A DNA stretch of 64,000 nucleotides from the human T2T-CHM13v2.0 reference genome, Homo sapiens, in assembly GCF_009914755.1 (NCBI RefSeq), contig NC_060945.1. One strand, written 5' to 3'. Within the stretch, counting starts at the first letter, position 1. Every line of letters begins with the position of its first letter. The notes under the pieces are model-generated. The model ran no database searches and was not told the DNA's origin. It saw only the letters and a program-made list of their open reading frames with translations. Shown here one piece after another: positions 25,790 through 40,700 of the stretch. The position numbers and the translations under genes were made by a program.

Positions 25790-28700
25790 TGCAATGTATC
25801 TCTGCACTGATCACCTAGGTCTTGTAACTCTTTTCTTCGATCTTCCCTCAGGGTGCTTTTTGACGTATCCCAGCAAGGATTACCCAGGTGATGTACCTCT
25901 CATCAAGGCTCTGCCTACAGGCACATTGCGATGTATCTCTGCACTGATCACCTAGGTCATGTAACTTTTGTCTAGGCTCTGCCTACGATGGCATTGTGAC
26001 ATATCTCTGCACTAATCATCCAAGTGATGTAACACTTGTCTAGGATCTGCCTAAATTAACTTTGTGACATAACCCTGTACTGATCATCCAGGTGATGGGG
26101 CTTTTGTCTAGGCTCTGCCTAAGGGGGCATTGTGACATATTTCTGCATTGATCACCCAGGTGGCGAACTCTTCTCTTGGATCTGCCTATGGGGGCATTGT
26201 GACAAATCTCTGCACTGATCACCCAGGTGATGTAACTGTTGTGTAACCTCTGCCTACAGGGGAATTGTGAGAGATCTCGCCACTGATCACCCAAGTGATG
26301 TAACCATTGTCTAGGCTTTGCGTACAGGGGGCTTTGTGGCATACCTTTGCACTGATCACCCAGGTGATGTAACACATCTAAGTTCGGCCTAATGGAGCTT
26401 TGTGACATATCTCTGCACTGATCACTTAGGTGATGTAACACTTTTATAAGCACTGCCTACAGGGAATTTTGACAAATCTCTGCACTGATCACCTAGGTGA
26501 TGTAACGTTTGTCTACCCTCTGTCCAACGGGGCATTGTGAAATATCTCTGCACTGATCACCCAGGTGATTCAACTCTTGACTAGGATCTGCCTACAGAGG
26601 TTATTGTGAAATATCTCTGCACTGATAAACTAGGTGGTGTAACCCTTATCCAAGCTCTGCCTACAGGGGCGTTTTCACATATCCCTGAAGTGATGACAAA
26701 GGTGATGTAACTCTTGCCTAGGCTTTGCCTACAGGGGACAGTGGACATATATCTGCACTGATCACCCAGGTGATGCAACTCTAGCCTAGGCTTTGCCTAC
26801 AGGGGACATTGTGACATATCGCTTCAATGATCACCCGTGTGATGCAACTCTTGCCTAGGCTTTGCCTACAGGGGACATTGTGACATATCTCTGCACTGAT
26901 CTCCCAGGTGCTGTAACTTTAGTCTAGACACTGGCTACACGGCATTGTGACATATCACTGCACTGATCAACCAGGTGATATAACTCTTGTCTAGGCTCTG
27001 CCTACAGGGGGCTTGTGACATATCTCTGCACTGATCACCCAGGTGATATAACTCTTCTCTAGGATCTGCCTACAGGGTGCTTTGTGACATATCCCTGCAA
27101 TGATCACCCAGGTGATCTAACTCTGGTTTAAGCTCTGCCTAAAGGGGCATTGTGACAGATCTCTGCACTGATCACTCAGGTGATGTAACTATTGTCTAGG
27201 CTCTGCTTAAAGGGGCCTTGTCACATATCTCTGCAATGATCACCCAGGTGATGTAACTCTTGTCTAGCCTCTGCTTTCACGGCATATTGTGACATATCTA
27301 TGCACTGATCACCTTAGTGATGTAACACTTGTGTAGGCTCGGCCTACAGGGGAATATTGACATATCTCTGCACTGTTAACCGAGGTGATTTAACTCTTGT
27401 CTAGGCTGTGCCCACAGGGGGATTGAGACATACCTCTGCACTGATCCCGAGGTGATCCAACTGTTGCCTGGTCTCTGCCTACTGGGGACATTGTGACATA
27501 TCTCTGCACTGATCTCCCAGGTGCTGTAACTTTAGTCTAGGCTCTGGCTACACGGCATTGCGACATATCACTGCACTGATCACCCAGGTGATATAAATCT
27601 TGTCTAGGCTCTGCCTAAAATGGCCTTGTGACATATCTCTGCACTGATCACCCAGGTGATGTAACTCTTCTCTAGGATATGACCACAGGGTGCTTTGTGG
27701 CATTGCCCTGCAATGATCACCCAGGTGGTATACCATTTGCCAACGCTCTGCCTACAGGGGCATTGCAATGTATCTCTGCACTGATCACCTAGGTCTTGTA
27801 ACTTTTTTCTTCGATCTGCCCTCAGGGTGCTTTTTGACGTATCCCAGCAAGGATTACCCAGGTGATGTACGTCTCATCAAGGCTCTGCCTACAGGCACAT
27901 TGCGATGTATCTCTGCACTGATCACCTAGGTCATGTAACTTTTGTCTAGGCTCTGCCTACGATGACATTGTGACATATCTCTGCACTAATCATCCAAGTG
28001 ATGTAACCCTTGTCTAGGATCTCCCTAAATTAACTTTGTGACATAACCCTGTACTGATCATCCAGGTGATGGGGCTTTTGTCTAGGCTCTGCCTAAGGGG
28101 GCATTGTGACATATTTCTGCATTGATCACCCAGGTGGCGAACTCTTCTCTTGGATCTGCCTATGGGGGCATTGTGACAAATCTCTGCACTGATCACCCAG
28201 GTGATGTAACTGTTGTGTAACCTCTGCCTACAGGGGAATTGTGAGAGATCTCCCCACTGATCACCCAAGTGATGTAACCATTGTCTAGGCTTTGCGTACA
28301 GGGGGCTTTGTGACATACCTTTGCACTGATCACCCAGGTGATGTAACACATCTAAGTTCGGCCTAAAGGAGCTTTGTGACATATCTCTGCACTGATCACT
28401 TAGGTGATGTAACACTTTTATAAGCACTGCCTACAGGGAATTTTGACAAATCTCTGCACTGATCACCTAGGTGATGTAACGCTTGTCTACCCTCTGTCCA
28501 ACGGCGCATTGTGAAATATCACTGCACTGATCACCCAGGTGATTCAACTCTTGACTAGGATCTGCCTACAGAGGTTATTGTGAAATATCTCTGCACTGAT
28601 AAACTAGGTGGTGTAACCCTTATCCAAGCTCTGCCTACAGGGGCGTTTTCACATATCCCTGAAGTGATGACAAAGGTGATGTAACTCTTGCCTAGGCTTT

Positions 28701-31700
28701 GCCTACAGGGGACTTTGGACATATATCTGCACTGATCACCCAGGTGATGCAACTCTTGCCTAGGCTTTGCCTACAGAGGACATTGTGACATATCGCTTCA
28801 ATGATCACCCATGTGATGCAACTCTTGCCTAGGCTTTGCCTACAGGGGACATTGTGACATATCTCTGCACTGATCTCCCAGGTGCTGTAACTTTAGTCTA
28901 GACTCTGGCTACACGGCATTGTGACATATCACTGCACTGATCAACCAGGTGATATAACTCTTGTCTAGGCTCTGCCTACAGGGGGCTTGTGACATATCTC
29001 TGCACTGATCACCCAGGTGATATAACTCTTCTCTAGGATCTGCCTACCGGGTGCTTTGTGACATATCCCTGCAATGATCACCCAGGTGATCTAACTCTGG
29101 TTTAAGCTCTGCCTAAAGGGGCATTGTGACAGATCTCTGCACTGATCACTCAGGTGATGAAACTATTGTCTAGGCTCTGCTTAAAGGGGCCTTGTCACAT
29201 ATCTCTGCAATGATCACCCAGGTGAAGTAACTCTTGTCTAGCCTCTGCTTTCACGGCATATTGTGACATATCTATGCACTGATCACCTTAGTGATGTAAC
29301 ACTTGTGTAGGCTCGGCCTACAGGGGAATATTGACATATCTCTGCACTGTTAACCGAGGTGATTTAACTCTTGTCTAGGCTGTGCCCACAGGGGGATTGA
29401 GACATATCTCTGCACTGATCCCGAGGTGATCCAACTGTTGCCTGGTCTCTGCCTACTGGGGACATTGTGACATATCTCTGCACTGATCTCCCAGGTGATG
29501 TAACTTTAGTCTAGGCTCTGGCTACACGGCATTGTGACATATCACTGCACTGATCACCCAGGTGATATAAATCTTGTCTAGGCTCTGCCTACAATGACTT
29601 TGTGACATATCTCTGCACTGATGACCCAGGTGATATAACTCTTCTCTAGGATCTGACCACAGGGTGCTTTGTGGCATTTCCCTGCAATGATCACCCAGGT
29701 GATATACCACTTGCCAACGCTCTGCCTACAGGGGCATTGCAATGTATCTCTGCACTGATCACCTAGGTCTTGTAACTCTTTTCTTCGATCTGCCCTCAGG
29801 GTGCTTTTTGACGTATCCCAGCAAGGATTACCCAGGTGATGTACCTCTCATCAAGGCTCTGCCTACAGGCACATTGCGATGTATCTCTGCACTGATCACC
29901 TAGGTCATGTAACTTTTGTCTAGGCTCTGCCTACGATGGCATTGTGGCATATCTCTGCACTAATCATCCAAGTGATGTAACCCTTGTCTAGGATCTGCCT
30001 AAATTAACTTTGTGACATAACCCTGTACTGATCATCCAGGTGATGGGGCTTTTGTCTAGGCTCTGCCTAAGGGGGCATTGTGACATATTTCTGCATTGAT
30101 CACCCAGGTGGCGAACTCTTCTCTTGGATCTGCCTATGGGGGCATTGTGACAAATCTCTGCACTGATCACCCAGGTGATGTAACTGTTGTGTAACCTCTG
30201 CCTACAGGGGAATTGTGAGAGATCTCGCCACTGATCACCCAAGTGATGTAACCATTGTCTAGGCTTTGTGTACAGGGGGCTTTGTGACATACCTTTGCAC
30301 TGATCACCCAGGTGATGTAACACATCTAAGTTCGGCCTAATGGAGCTTTGTGACATATCTCTGCACTGATCACTTAGGTGATGTAACACTTTTATAAGCA
30401 CTGCCTACAGGGAATTTTGACAAATCTCTGCACTGATCACCTAGGTGATGTAACGCTTGTCTACCCTCTGTCCAACGGGTCATTGTGAAATATCTCTGCA
30501 CTGATCACCCAGGTGATTCAACTCTTGACTAGGATCTGCCTACAGAGGTTATTGTGAAATATCTCTGCACTGATAAACTAGGTGGTGTAACCCTTATCCA
30601 AGCTCTGCCTACAGGGGCGTTTTCACATATCCCTGAAGTGATGACAAAGGTGATGTAACTCTTGCCTAGGCTTTGCCTACAGGGGACATTGGACATATAT
30701 CTGCACTGATCACCCAGGTGATGCAACTCTTGCCTAGGCTTTGCCTACAGGGGACATTGTGACATATCGCTTCAATGATCACCCGTGTGATGCAACTCTT
30801 GCCTAGGCTTTGCCTACAGGGGACATTGTGACATATCTCTGCACTGATCTCCCAGGTGCTGTAACTTTAGTCTAGACTCTGGCTACACGGCATTGTGACA
30901 TATCACTGCACTGATCAACCAGGTGATATAACTCTTGTCTAGGCTCTGCCTACAGGGGGCTTGTGACATAGCTCAGCACTGATCACCCAGATGATATAAC
31001 TCTTCTCTAGGATCTGCCTACAGGGTGCTTTGTGACATATCCCTGCAATGATCACCCAGGTGATCTAACTCTGGTTTAAGCTCTGCCTAAAGGGGCATTG
31101 TGACAGATCTCTGCACTGATCACTCAGGTGATGTAACTATTGTCTAGGCTCTGCTTAAAGGGGCCTTGTCACATATCTCTGCAATGATCACCCAGGTGAT
31201 GTAACTCTTGTCTAGCCTCTGCTTTCACGGCATATTGTGACATATCTATGCACTGATCACCTTAGTGATGTAACACTTGTGTAGGCTCGGCCTACAGGGG
31301 AATATTGACATATCTCTGCACTGTTAACCGAGGTGATTTAACTCTTGTCTAGGCTGTGCCCACAGGGGGATTGAGACATATCTCTGCACTGATCCCGAGG
31401 TGATCCAACTGTTGCCTGGTCTCTGCCTACTGGTGACATTGTGACATATCTCTGCACTGATCTCCCAGGTGATGTAACTTTAGTCTAGGCTCTGGCTACA
31501 CGGCATTGTGACATATCACTGCACTGATCACCCAGGTGATACAAATCTTGTCTAGGCTCTGCCTACAATGACTTTGTGACATATCTCTGCACTGATGACC
31601 CAGGTGATATAACTCTTCTCTAGGATCTGACCACAGGGTGCTTTGTGGCATTTCCCTGCAATGATCACCCAGGTGATATACCACTTGCCAACGCTCTGCC

Positions 31701-34700
31701 TACAGGGGCATTGCAATGTATCTCTGCACTGATCACCTAGGTCTTGTAACTCTTTTCTTCGATCTGCCCTCAGGGTGCTTTTTGACGTATCCCAGCAAGG
31801 ATTACCCAGGTGATGTACCTCTCATCAAGGCTCTGCCTACAGGCACATTGCGATGTATCTCTGCACTGATCACCTAGGTCATGTAACTTTTGTCTAGGCT
31901 CTGCCTACGATGGCATTGTGACATATCTCTGCACTAATCATCCAAGTGATGTAACACTTGTCTAGGATCTGCCTAAATTAACTTTGTGACATAACCCTGT
32001 ACTGATCATCCAGGTGATGGGGCTTTTGTCTAGGCTCTGCCTAAGGGGGCATTGTGACATATTTCTGCATTGATCACCCAGGTGGCGAACTCTTCTCTTG
32101 GATCTGCCTATGGGGGCATTGTGACAAATCTCTGCACTGATCACCCAGGTGATGTAACTGTTGTGTAACCTCTGCCTACAGGGGAATTGTGAGAGATCTC
32201 GCCACTGATCACCCAAGTGATGTAACCATTGTCTAGGCTTTGGGTACAGGGGGCTTTGTGGCATACCTTTGCACTGATCACCCAGGTGATGTAACACATC
32301 TAAGTTCGGCCTAATGGAGCTTTGTGACATATCTCTGCACTGATCACTTAGGTGATGTAACACTTTTATAAGCACTGCCTACAGGGAATTTTGACAAATC
32401 TCTGCACTGATCACCTAGGTGATGTAACGTTTGTCTACCCACTGTCCAACGGGGCATTGTGAAATATCTCTGCACTGATCACCCAGGTGATTCAACTCTT
32501 GACTAGGATCTGCCTACAGAGGTTATTGTGAAATATCTCTGCACTGATAAACTAGGTGGTGTAACCCTTATCCAAGCTCTGCCTACAGGGGCGTTTTCAC
32601 ATATCCCTGAAGTGATGACAAAGGTGATGTAACTCTTGCCTAGGCTTTGCCTACAGGGGACAGTGGACATATATCTGCACTGATCACCCAGGTGATGCAA
32701 CTCTTGCCTAGGCTTTGCCTACAGGGGACATTGTGACATATCGCTTCAATGATCACCCGTGTGATGCAACTCTTGCCTAGGCTTTGCCTACAGGGGACAT
32801 TGTGACATATCTCTGCACTGATCTCCCAGGTGCTGTAACTTTAGTCTAGACACTGGCTACACGGCATTGTGACATATCACTGCACTGATCAACCAGGTGA
32901 TATAACTCTTGTCTAGGCTCTGCCTACAGGGGGCTTGTGACATATCTCTGCACTGATCACCCAGGTGATATAACTCTTCTCTAGGATCTGCCTACAGGGT
33001 GCTTTGTGACATATCCCTGCAATGATCACCCAGGTGATCTAACTCTGGTTTAAGCTCTGCCTAAAGGGGCATTGTGACAGATCTCTGCACTGATCACTCA
33101 GGTGATGTAACTATTGTCTAGGCTCTGCTTAAAGGGGCCTTGTCACATATCTCTGCAATGATCACCCAGGTGATGTAACTCTTGTCTAGCCTCTGCTTTC
33201 ACGGCATATTGTGACATATCTATGCACTGATCACCTTAGTGATGTAACACTTGTGTAGGCTCGGCCTACAGGGGAATATTGACATATCTCTGCACTGTTA
33301 ACCGAGGTGATTTAACTCTTGTCTAGGCTGTGCCCACAGGGGGATTGAGACATACCTCTGCACTGATCCCGAGGTGATCCAACTGTTGCCTGGTCTCTGC
33401 CTACTGGGGACATTGTGACATATCTCTGCACTGATCTCCCAGGTGCTGTAACTTTAGTCTAGGCTCTGGCTACACGGCATTGCGACATATCACTGCACTG
33501 ATCACCCAGGTGATATAAATCTTGTCTAGGCTCTGCCTAAAATGGCCTTGTGACATATCTCTGCACTGATCACCCAGGTGATGTAACTCTTCTCTAGGAT
33601 CTGACCACAGGGTGCTTTGTGGCATTGCCCTGCAATGATCACCCAGGTGGTATACCATTTGCCAACGCTCTGCCTACAGGGGCATTGCAATGTATCTCTG
33701 CACTGATCACCTAGGTCTTGTAACTTTTTTCTTCGATCTGCCCTCAGGGTGCTTTTTGACGTATCCCAGCAAGGATTACCCAGGTGATGTACGTCTCATC
33801 AAGGCTCTGCCTACAGGCACATTGCGATGTATCTCTGCACTGATCACCTAGGTCATGTAACTTTTGTCTAGGCTCTGCCTACGATGACATTGTGACATAT
33901 CTCTGCACTAATCATCCAAGTGATGTAACCCTTGTCTAGGATCTCCCTAAATTAACTTTGTGACATAACCCTGTACTGATCATCCAGGTGATGGGGCTTT
34001 TGTCTAGGCTCTGCCTAAGGGGGCATTGTGACATATTTCTGCATTGATCACCCAGGTGGCGAACTCTTCTCTTGGATCTGCCTATGGGGGCATTGTGACA
34101 AATCTCTGCACTGATCACCCAGGTGATGTAACTGTTGTGTAACCTCTGCCTACAGGGGAATTGTGAGAGATCTCGCCACTGATCACCCAAGTGATGTAAC
34201 CATTGTCTAGGCTTTGCGTACAGGGGGCTTTGTGACATACCTTTGCACTGATCACCCAGGTGATGTAACACATCTAAGTTCGGCCTAAAGGAGCTTTGTG
34301 ACATATCTCTGCACTGATCACTTAGGTGATGTAACACTTTTATAAGCACTGCCTACAGGGAATTTTGACAAATCTCTGCACTGATCACCTAGGTGATGTA
34401 ACTCTTGTCTACCCTCTGTCCAACGGCGCATTGTGAAATATCACTGCACTGATCACCCAGGTGATTCAACTCTTGACTAGGATCTGCCTACAGAGGTTAT
34501 TGTGAAATATCTCTGCACTGATAAACTAGGTGGTGTAACCCTTATCCAAGCTCTGCCTACAGGGGCGTTTTCACATATCCCTGAAGTGATGACAAAGGTG
34601 ATGTAACTCTTGCCTAGGCTTTGCCTACAGGGGACTTTGGACATATATCTGCACTGATCACCCAGGTGATGCAACTCTTGCCTAGGCTTTGCCTACAGAG

Positions 34701-37700
34701 GACATTGTGACATATCGCTTCAATGATCACCCATGTGATGCAACTCTTGCCTAGGCTTTGCCTACAGGGGACATTGTGACATATCTCTGCACTGATCTCC
34801 CAGGTGCTGTAACTTTAGTCTAGACTCTGGCTACACGGCATTGTGACATATCACTGCACTGATCAACCAGGTGATATAACTCTTGTCTAGGCTCTGCCTA
34901 CAGGGGGCTTGTGACATATCTCTGCACTGATCACCCAGGTGATATAACTCTTCTCTAGGATCTGCCTACCGGGTGCTTTGTGACATATCCCTGCAATGAT
35001 CACCCAGGTGATCTAACTCTGGTTTAAGCTCTGCCTAAAGGGGCATTGTGACAGATCTCTGCACTGATCACTCAGGTGATGAAACTATTGTCTAGGCTCT
35101 GCTTAAAGGGGCCTTGTCACATATCTCTGCAATGATCACCCAGGTGAAGTAACTCTTGTCTAGCCTCTGCTTTCACGGCATATTGTGACATATCTATGCA
35201 CTGATCACCTTAGTGATGTAACACTTGTGTAGGCTCGGCCTACAGGGGAATATTGACATATCTCTGCACTGTTAACCGAGGTGATTTAACTCTTGTCTAG
35301 GCTGTGCCCACAGGGGGATTGAGACATATCTCTGCACTGATCCCGAGGTGATCCAACTGTTGCCTGGTCTCTGCCTACTGGGGACATTGTGACATATCTC
35401 TGCACTGATCTCCCAGGTGATGTAACTTTAGTCTAGGCTCTGGCTACACGGCATTGTGACATATCACTGCACTGATCACCCAGGTGATATAAATCTTGTC
35501 TAGGCTCTGCCTACAATGACTTTGTGACATATCTCTGCACTGATGACCCAGGTGATATAACTCTTCTCTAGGATCTGACCACAGGGTGCTTTGTGGCATT
35601 TCCCTGCAATGATCACCCAGGTGATATACCACTTGCCAACGCTCTGCCTACAGGGGCATTGCAATGTATCTCTGCACTGATCACCTAGGTCTTGTAACTC
35701 TTTTCTTCGATCTGCCCTCAGGGTGCTTTTTGACGTATCCCAGCAAGGATTACCCAGGTGATGTACCTCTCATCAAGGCTCTGCCTACAGGCACATTGCG
35801 ATGTATCTCTGCACTGATCACCTAGGTCATGTAACTTTTGTCTAGGCTCTGCCTACGATGGCATTGTGGCATATCTCTGCACTAATCATCCAAGTGATGT
35901 AACCCTTGTCTAGGATCTGCCTAAATTAACTTTGTGACATAACCCTGTACTGATCATCCAGGTGATGGGGCTTTTGTCTAGGCTCTGCCTAAGGGGGCAT
36001 TGTGACATATTTCTGCATTGATCACCCAGGTGGCGAACTCTTCTCTTGGATCTGCCTATGGGGGCATTGTGACAAATCTCTGCACTGATCACCCAGGTGA
36101 TGTAACTGTTGTGTAACCTCTGCCTACAGGGGAATTGTGAGAGATCTCGCCACTGATCACCCAAGTGATGTAACCATTGTCTAGGCTTTGTGTACAGGGG
36201 GCTTTGTGACATACCTTTGCACTGATCACCCAGGTGATGTAACACATCTAAGTTCGGCCTAATGGAGCTTTGTGACATATCTCTGCACTGATCACTTAGG
36301 TGATGTAACACTTTTATAAGCACTGCCTACAGGGAATTTTGACAAATCTCTGCACTGATCACCTAGGTGATGTAACGCTTGTCTACCCTCTGTCCAACGG
36401 GTCATTGTGAAATATCTCTGCACTGATCACCCAGGTGATTCAACTCTTGACTAGGATCTGCCTACAGAGGTTATTGTGAAATATCTCTGCACTGATAAAC
36501 TAGGTGGTGTAACCCTTATCCAAGCTCTGCCTACAGGGGCGTTTTCACATATCCCTGAAGTGATGACAAAGGTGATGTAACTCTTGCCTAGGCTTTGCCT
36601 ACAGGGGACATTGGACATATATCTGCACTGATCACCCAGGTGATGCAACTCTTGCCTAGGCTTTGCCTACAGGGGACATTGTGACATATCGCTTCAATGA
36701 TCACCCGTGTGATGCAACTCTTGCCTAGGCTTTGCCTACAGGGGACATTGTGACATATCTCTGCACTGATCTCCCAGGTGCTGTAACTTTAGTCTAGACT
36801 CTGGCTACACGGCATTGTGACATATCACTGCACTGATCAACCAGGTGATATAACTCTTGTCTAGGCTCTGCCTACAGGGGGCTTGTGACATAGCTCAGCA
36901 CTGATCACCCAGATGATATAACTCTTCTCTAGGATCTGCCTACAGGGTGCTTTGTGACATATCCCTGCAATGATCACCCAGGTGATCTAACTCTGGTTTA
37001 AGCTCTGCCTAAAGGGGCATTGTGACAGATCTCTGCACTGATCACTCAGGTGATGTAACTATTGTCTAGGCTCTGCTTAAAGGGGCCTTGTCACATATCT
37101 CTGCAATGATCACCCAGGTGATGTAACTCTTGTCTAGCCTCTGCTTTCACGGCATATTGTGACATATCTATGCACTGATCACCTTAGTGATGTAACACTT
37201 GTGTAGGCTCGGCCTACAGGGGAATATTGACATATCTCTGCACTGTTAACCGAGGTGATTTAACTCTTGTCTAGGCTGTGCCCACAGGGGGATTGAGACA
37301 TATCTCTGCACTGATCCCGAGGTGATCCAACTGTTGCCTGGTCTCTGCCTACTGGTGACATTGTGACATATCTCTGCACTGATCTCCCAGGTGATGTAAC
37401 TTTAGTCTAGGCTCTGGCTACACGGCATTGTGACATATCACTGCACTGATCACCCAGGTGATACAAATCTTGTCTAGGCTCTGCCTACAATGACTTTGTG
37501 ACATATCTCTGCACTGATGACCCAGGTGATATAACTCTTCTCTAGGATCTGACCACAGGGTGCTTTGTGGCATTTCCCTGCAATGATCACCCAGGTGATA
37601 TACCACTTGCCAACGCTCTGCCTACAGGGGCATTGCAATGTATCTCTGCACTGATCACCTAGGTCTTGTAACTCTTTTCTTCGATCTGCCCTCAGGGTGC

Positions 37701-40700
37701 TTTTTGACGTATCCCAGCAAGGATTACCCAGGTGATGTACCTCTCATCAAGGCTCTGCCTACAGGCACATTGCGATGTATCTCTGCACTGATCACCTAGG
37801 TCATGTAACTTTTGTCTAGGCTCTGCCTACGATGGCATTGTGACATATCTCTGCACTAATCATCCAAGTGATGTAACACTTGTCTAGGATCTGCCTAAAT
37901 TAACTTTGTGACATAACCCTGTACTGATCATCCAGGTGATGGGGCTTTTGTCTAGGCTCTGCCTAAGGGGGCATTGTGACATATTTCTGCATTGATCACC
38001 CAGGTGGCGAACTCTTCTCTTGGATCTGCCTATGGGGGCATTGTGACAAATCTCTGCACTGATCACCCAGGTGATGTAACTGTTGTGTAACCTCTGCCTA
38101 CAGGGGAATTGTGAGAGATCTCGCCACTGATCACCCAAGTGATGTAACCATTGTCTAGGCTTTGCGTACAGGGGGCTTTGTGGCATACCTTTGCACTGAT
38201 CACCCAGGTGATGTAACACATCTAAGTTCGGCCTAATGGAGCTTTGTGACATATCTCTGCACTGATCACTTAGGTGATGTAACACTTTTATAAGCACTGC
38301 CTACAGGGAATTTTGACAAATCTCTGCACTGATCACCTAGGTGATGTAACGTTTGTCTACCCTCTGTCCAACGGGGCATTGTGAAATATCTCTGCACTGA
38401 TCACCCAGGTGATTCAACTCTTGACTAGGATCTGCCTACAGAGGTTATTGTGAAATATCTCTGCACTGATAAACTAGGTGGTGTAACCCTTATCCAAGCT
38501 CTGCCTACAGGGGCGTTTTCACATATCCCTGAAGTGATGACAAAGGTGATGTAACTCTTGCCTAGGCTTTGCCTACAGGGGACAGTGGACATATATCTGC
38601 ACTGATCACCCAGGTGATGCAACTCTTGCCTAGGCTTTGCCTACAGGGGACATTGTGACATATCGCTTCAATGATCACCCGTGTGATGCAACTCTTGCCT
38701 AGGCTTTGCCTACAGGGGACATTGTGACATATCTCTGCACTGATCTCCCAGGTGCTGTAACTTTAGTCTAGACACTGGCTACACGGCATTGTGACATATC
38801 ACTGCACTGATCAACCAGGTGATATAACTCTTGTCTAGGCTCTGCCTACAGGGGGCTTGTGACATATCTCTGCACTGATCACCCAGGTGATATAACTCTT
38901 CTCTAGGATCTGCCTACAGGGTGCTTTGTGACATATCCCTGCAATGATCACCCAGGTGATCTAACTCTGGTTTAAGCTCTGCCTAAAGGGGCATTGTGAC
39001 AGATCTCTGCACTGATCACTCAGGTGATGTAACTATTGTCTAGGCTCTGCTTAAAGGGGCCTTGTCACATATCTCTGCAATGATCACCCAGGTGATGTAA
39101 CTCTTGTCTAGCCTCTGCTTTCACGGCATATTGTGACATATCTATGCACTGATCACCTTAGTGATGTAACACTTGTGTAGGCTCGGCCTACAGGGGAATA
39201 TTGACATATCTCTGCACTGTTAACCGAGGTGATTTAACTCTTGTCTAGGCTGTGCCCACAGGGGGATTGAGACATACCTCTGCACTGATCCCGAGGTGAT
39301 CCAACTGTTGCCTGGTCTCTGCCTACTGGGGACATTGTGACATATCTCTGCACTGATCTCCCAGGTGCTGTAACTTTAGTCTAGGCTCTGGCTACACGGC
39401 ATTGCGACATATCACTGCACTGATCACCCAGGTGATATAAATCTTGTCTAGGCTCTGCCTAAAATGGCCTTGTGACATATCTCTGCACTGATCACCCAGG
39501 TGATGTAACTCTTCTCTAGGATCTGACCACAGGGTGCTTTGTGGCATTGCCCTGCAATGATCACCCAGGTGGTATACCATTTGCCAACGCTCTGCCTACA
39601 GGGGCATTGCAATGTATCTCTGCACTGATCACCTAGGTCTTGTAACTTTTTTCTTCGATCTGCCCTCAGGGTGCTTTTTGACGTATCCCAGCAAGGATTA
39701 CCCAGGTGATGTACGTCTCATCAAGGCTCTGCCTACAGGCACATTGCGATGTATCTCTGCACTGATCACCTAGGTCATGTAACTTTTGTCTAGGCTCTGC
39801 CTACGATGACATTGTGACATATCTCTGCACTAATCATCCAAGTGATGTAACCCTTGTCTAGGATCTCCCTAAATTAACTTTGTGACATAACCCTGTACTG
39901 ATCATCCAGGTGATGGGGCTTTTGTCTAGGCTCTGCCTAAGGGGGCATTGTGACATATTTCTGCATTGATCACCCAGGTGGCGAACTCTTCTCTTGGATC
40001 TGCCTATGGGGGCATTGTGACAAATCTCTGCACTGATCACCCAGGTGATGTAACTGTTGTGTAACCTCTGCCTACAGGGGAATTGTGAGAGATCTCGCCA
40101 CTGATCACCCAAGTGATGTAACCATTGTCTAGGCTTTGCGTACAGGGGGCTTTGTGACATACCTTTGCACTGATCACCCAGGTGATGTAACACATCTAAG
40201 TTCGGCCTAAAGGAGCTTTGTGACATATCTCTGCACTGATCACTTAGGTGATGTAACACTTTTATAAGCACTGCCTACAGGGAATTTTGACAAATCTCTG
40301 CACTGATCACCTAGGTGATGTAACTCTTGTCTACCCTCTGTCCAACGGCGCATTGTGAAATATCACTGCACTGATCACCCAGGTGATTCAACTCTTGACT
40401 AGGATCTGCCTACAGAGGTTATTGTGAAATATCTCTGCACTGATAAACTAGGTGGTGTAACCCTTATCCAAGCTCTGCCTACAGGGGCGTTTTCACATAT
40501 CCCTGAAGTGATGACAAAGGTGATGTAACTCTTGCCTAGGCTTTGCCTACAGGGGACTTTGGACATATATCTGCACTGATCACCCAGGTGATGCAACTCT
40601 TGCCTAGGCTTTGCCTACAGAGGACATTGTGACATATCGCTTCAATGATCACCCATGTGATGCAACTCTTGCCTAGGCTTTGCCTACAGGGGACATTGTG

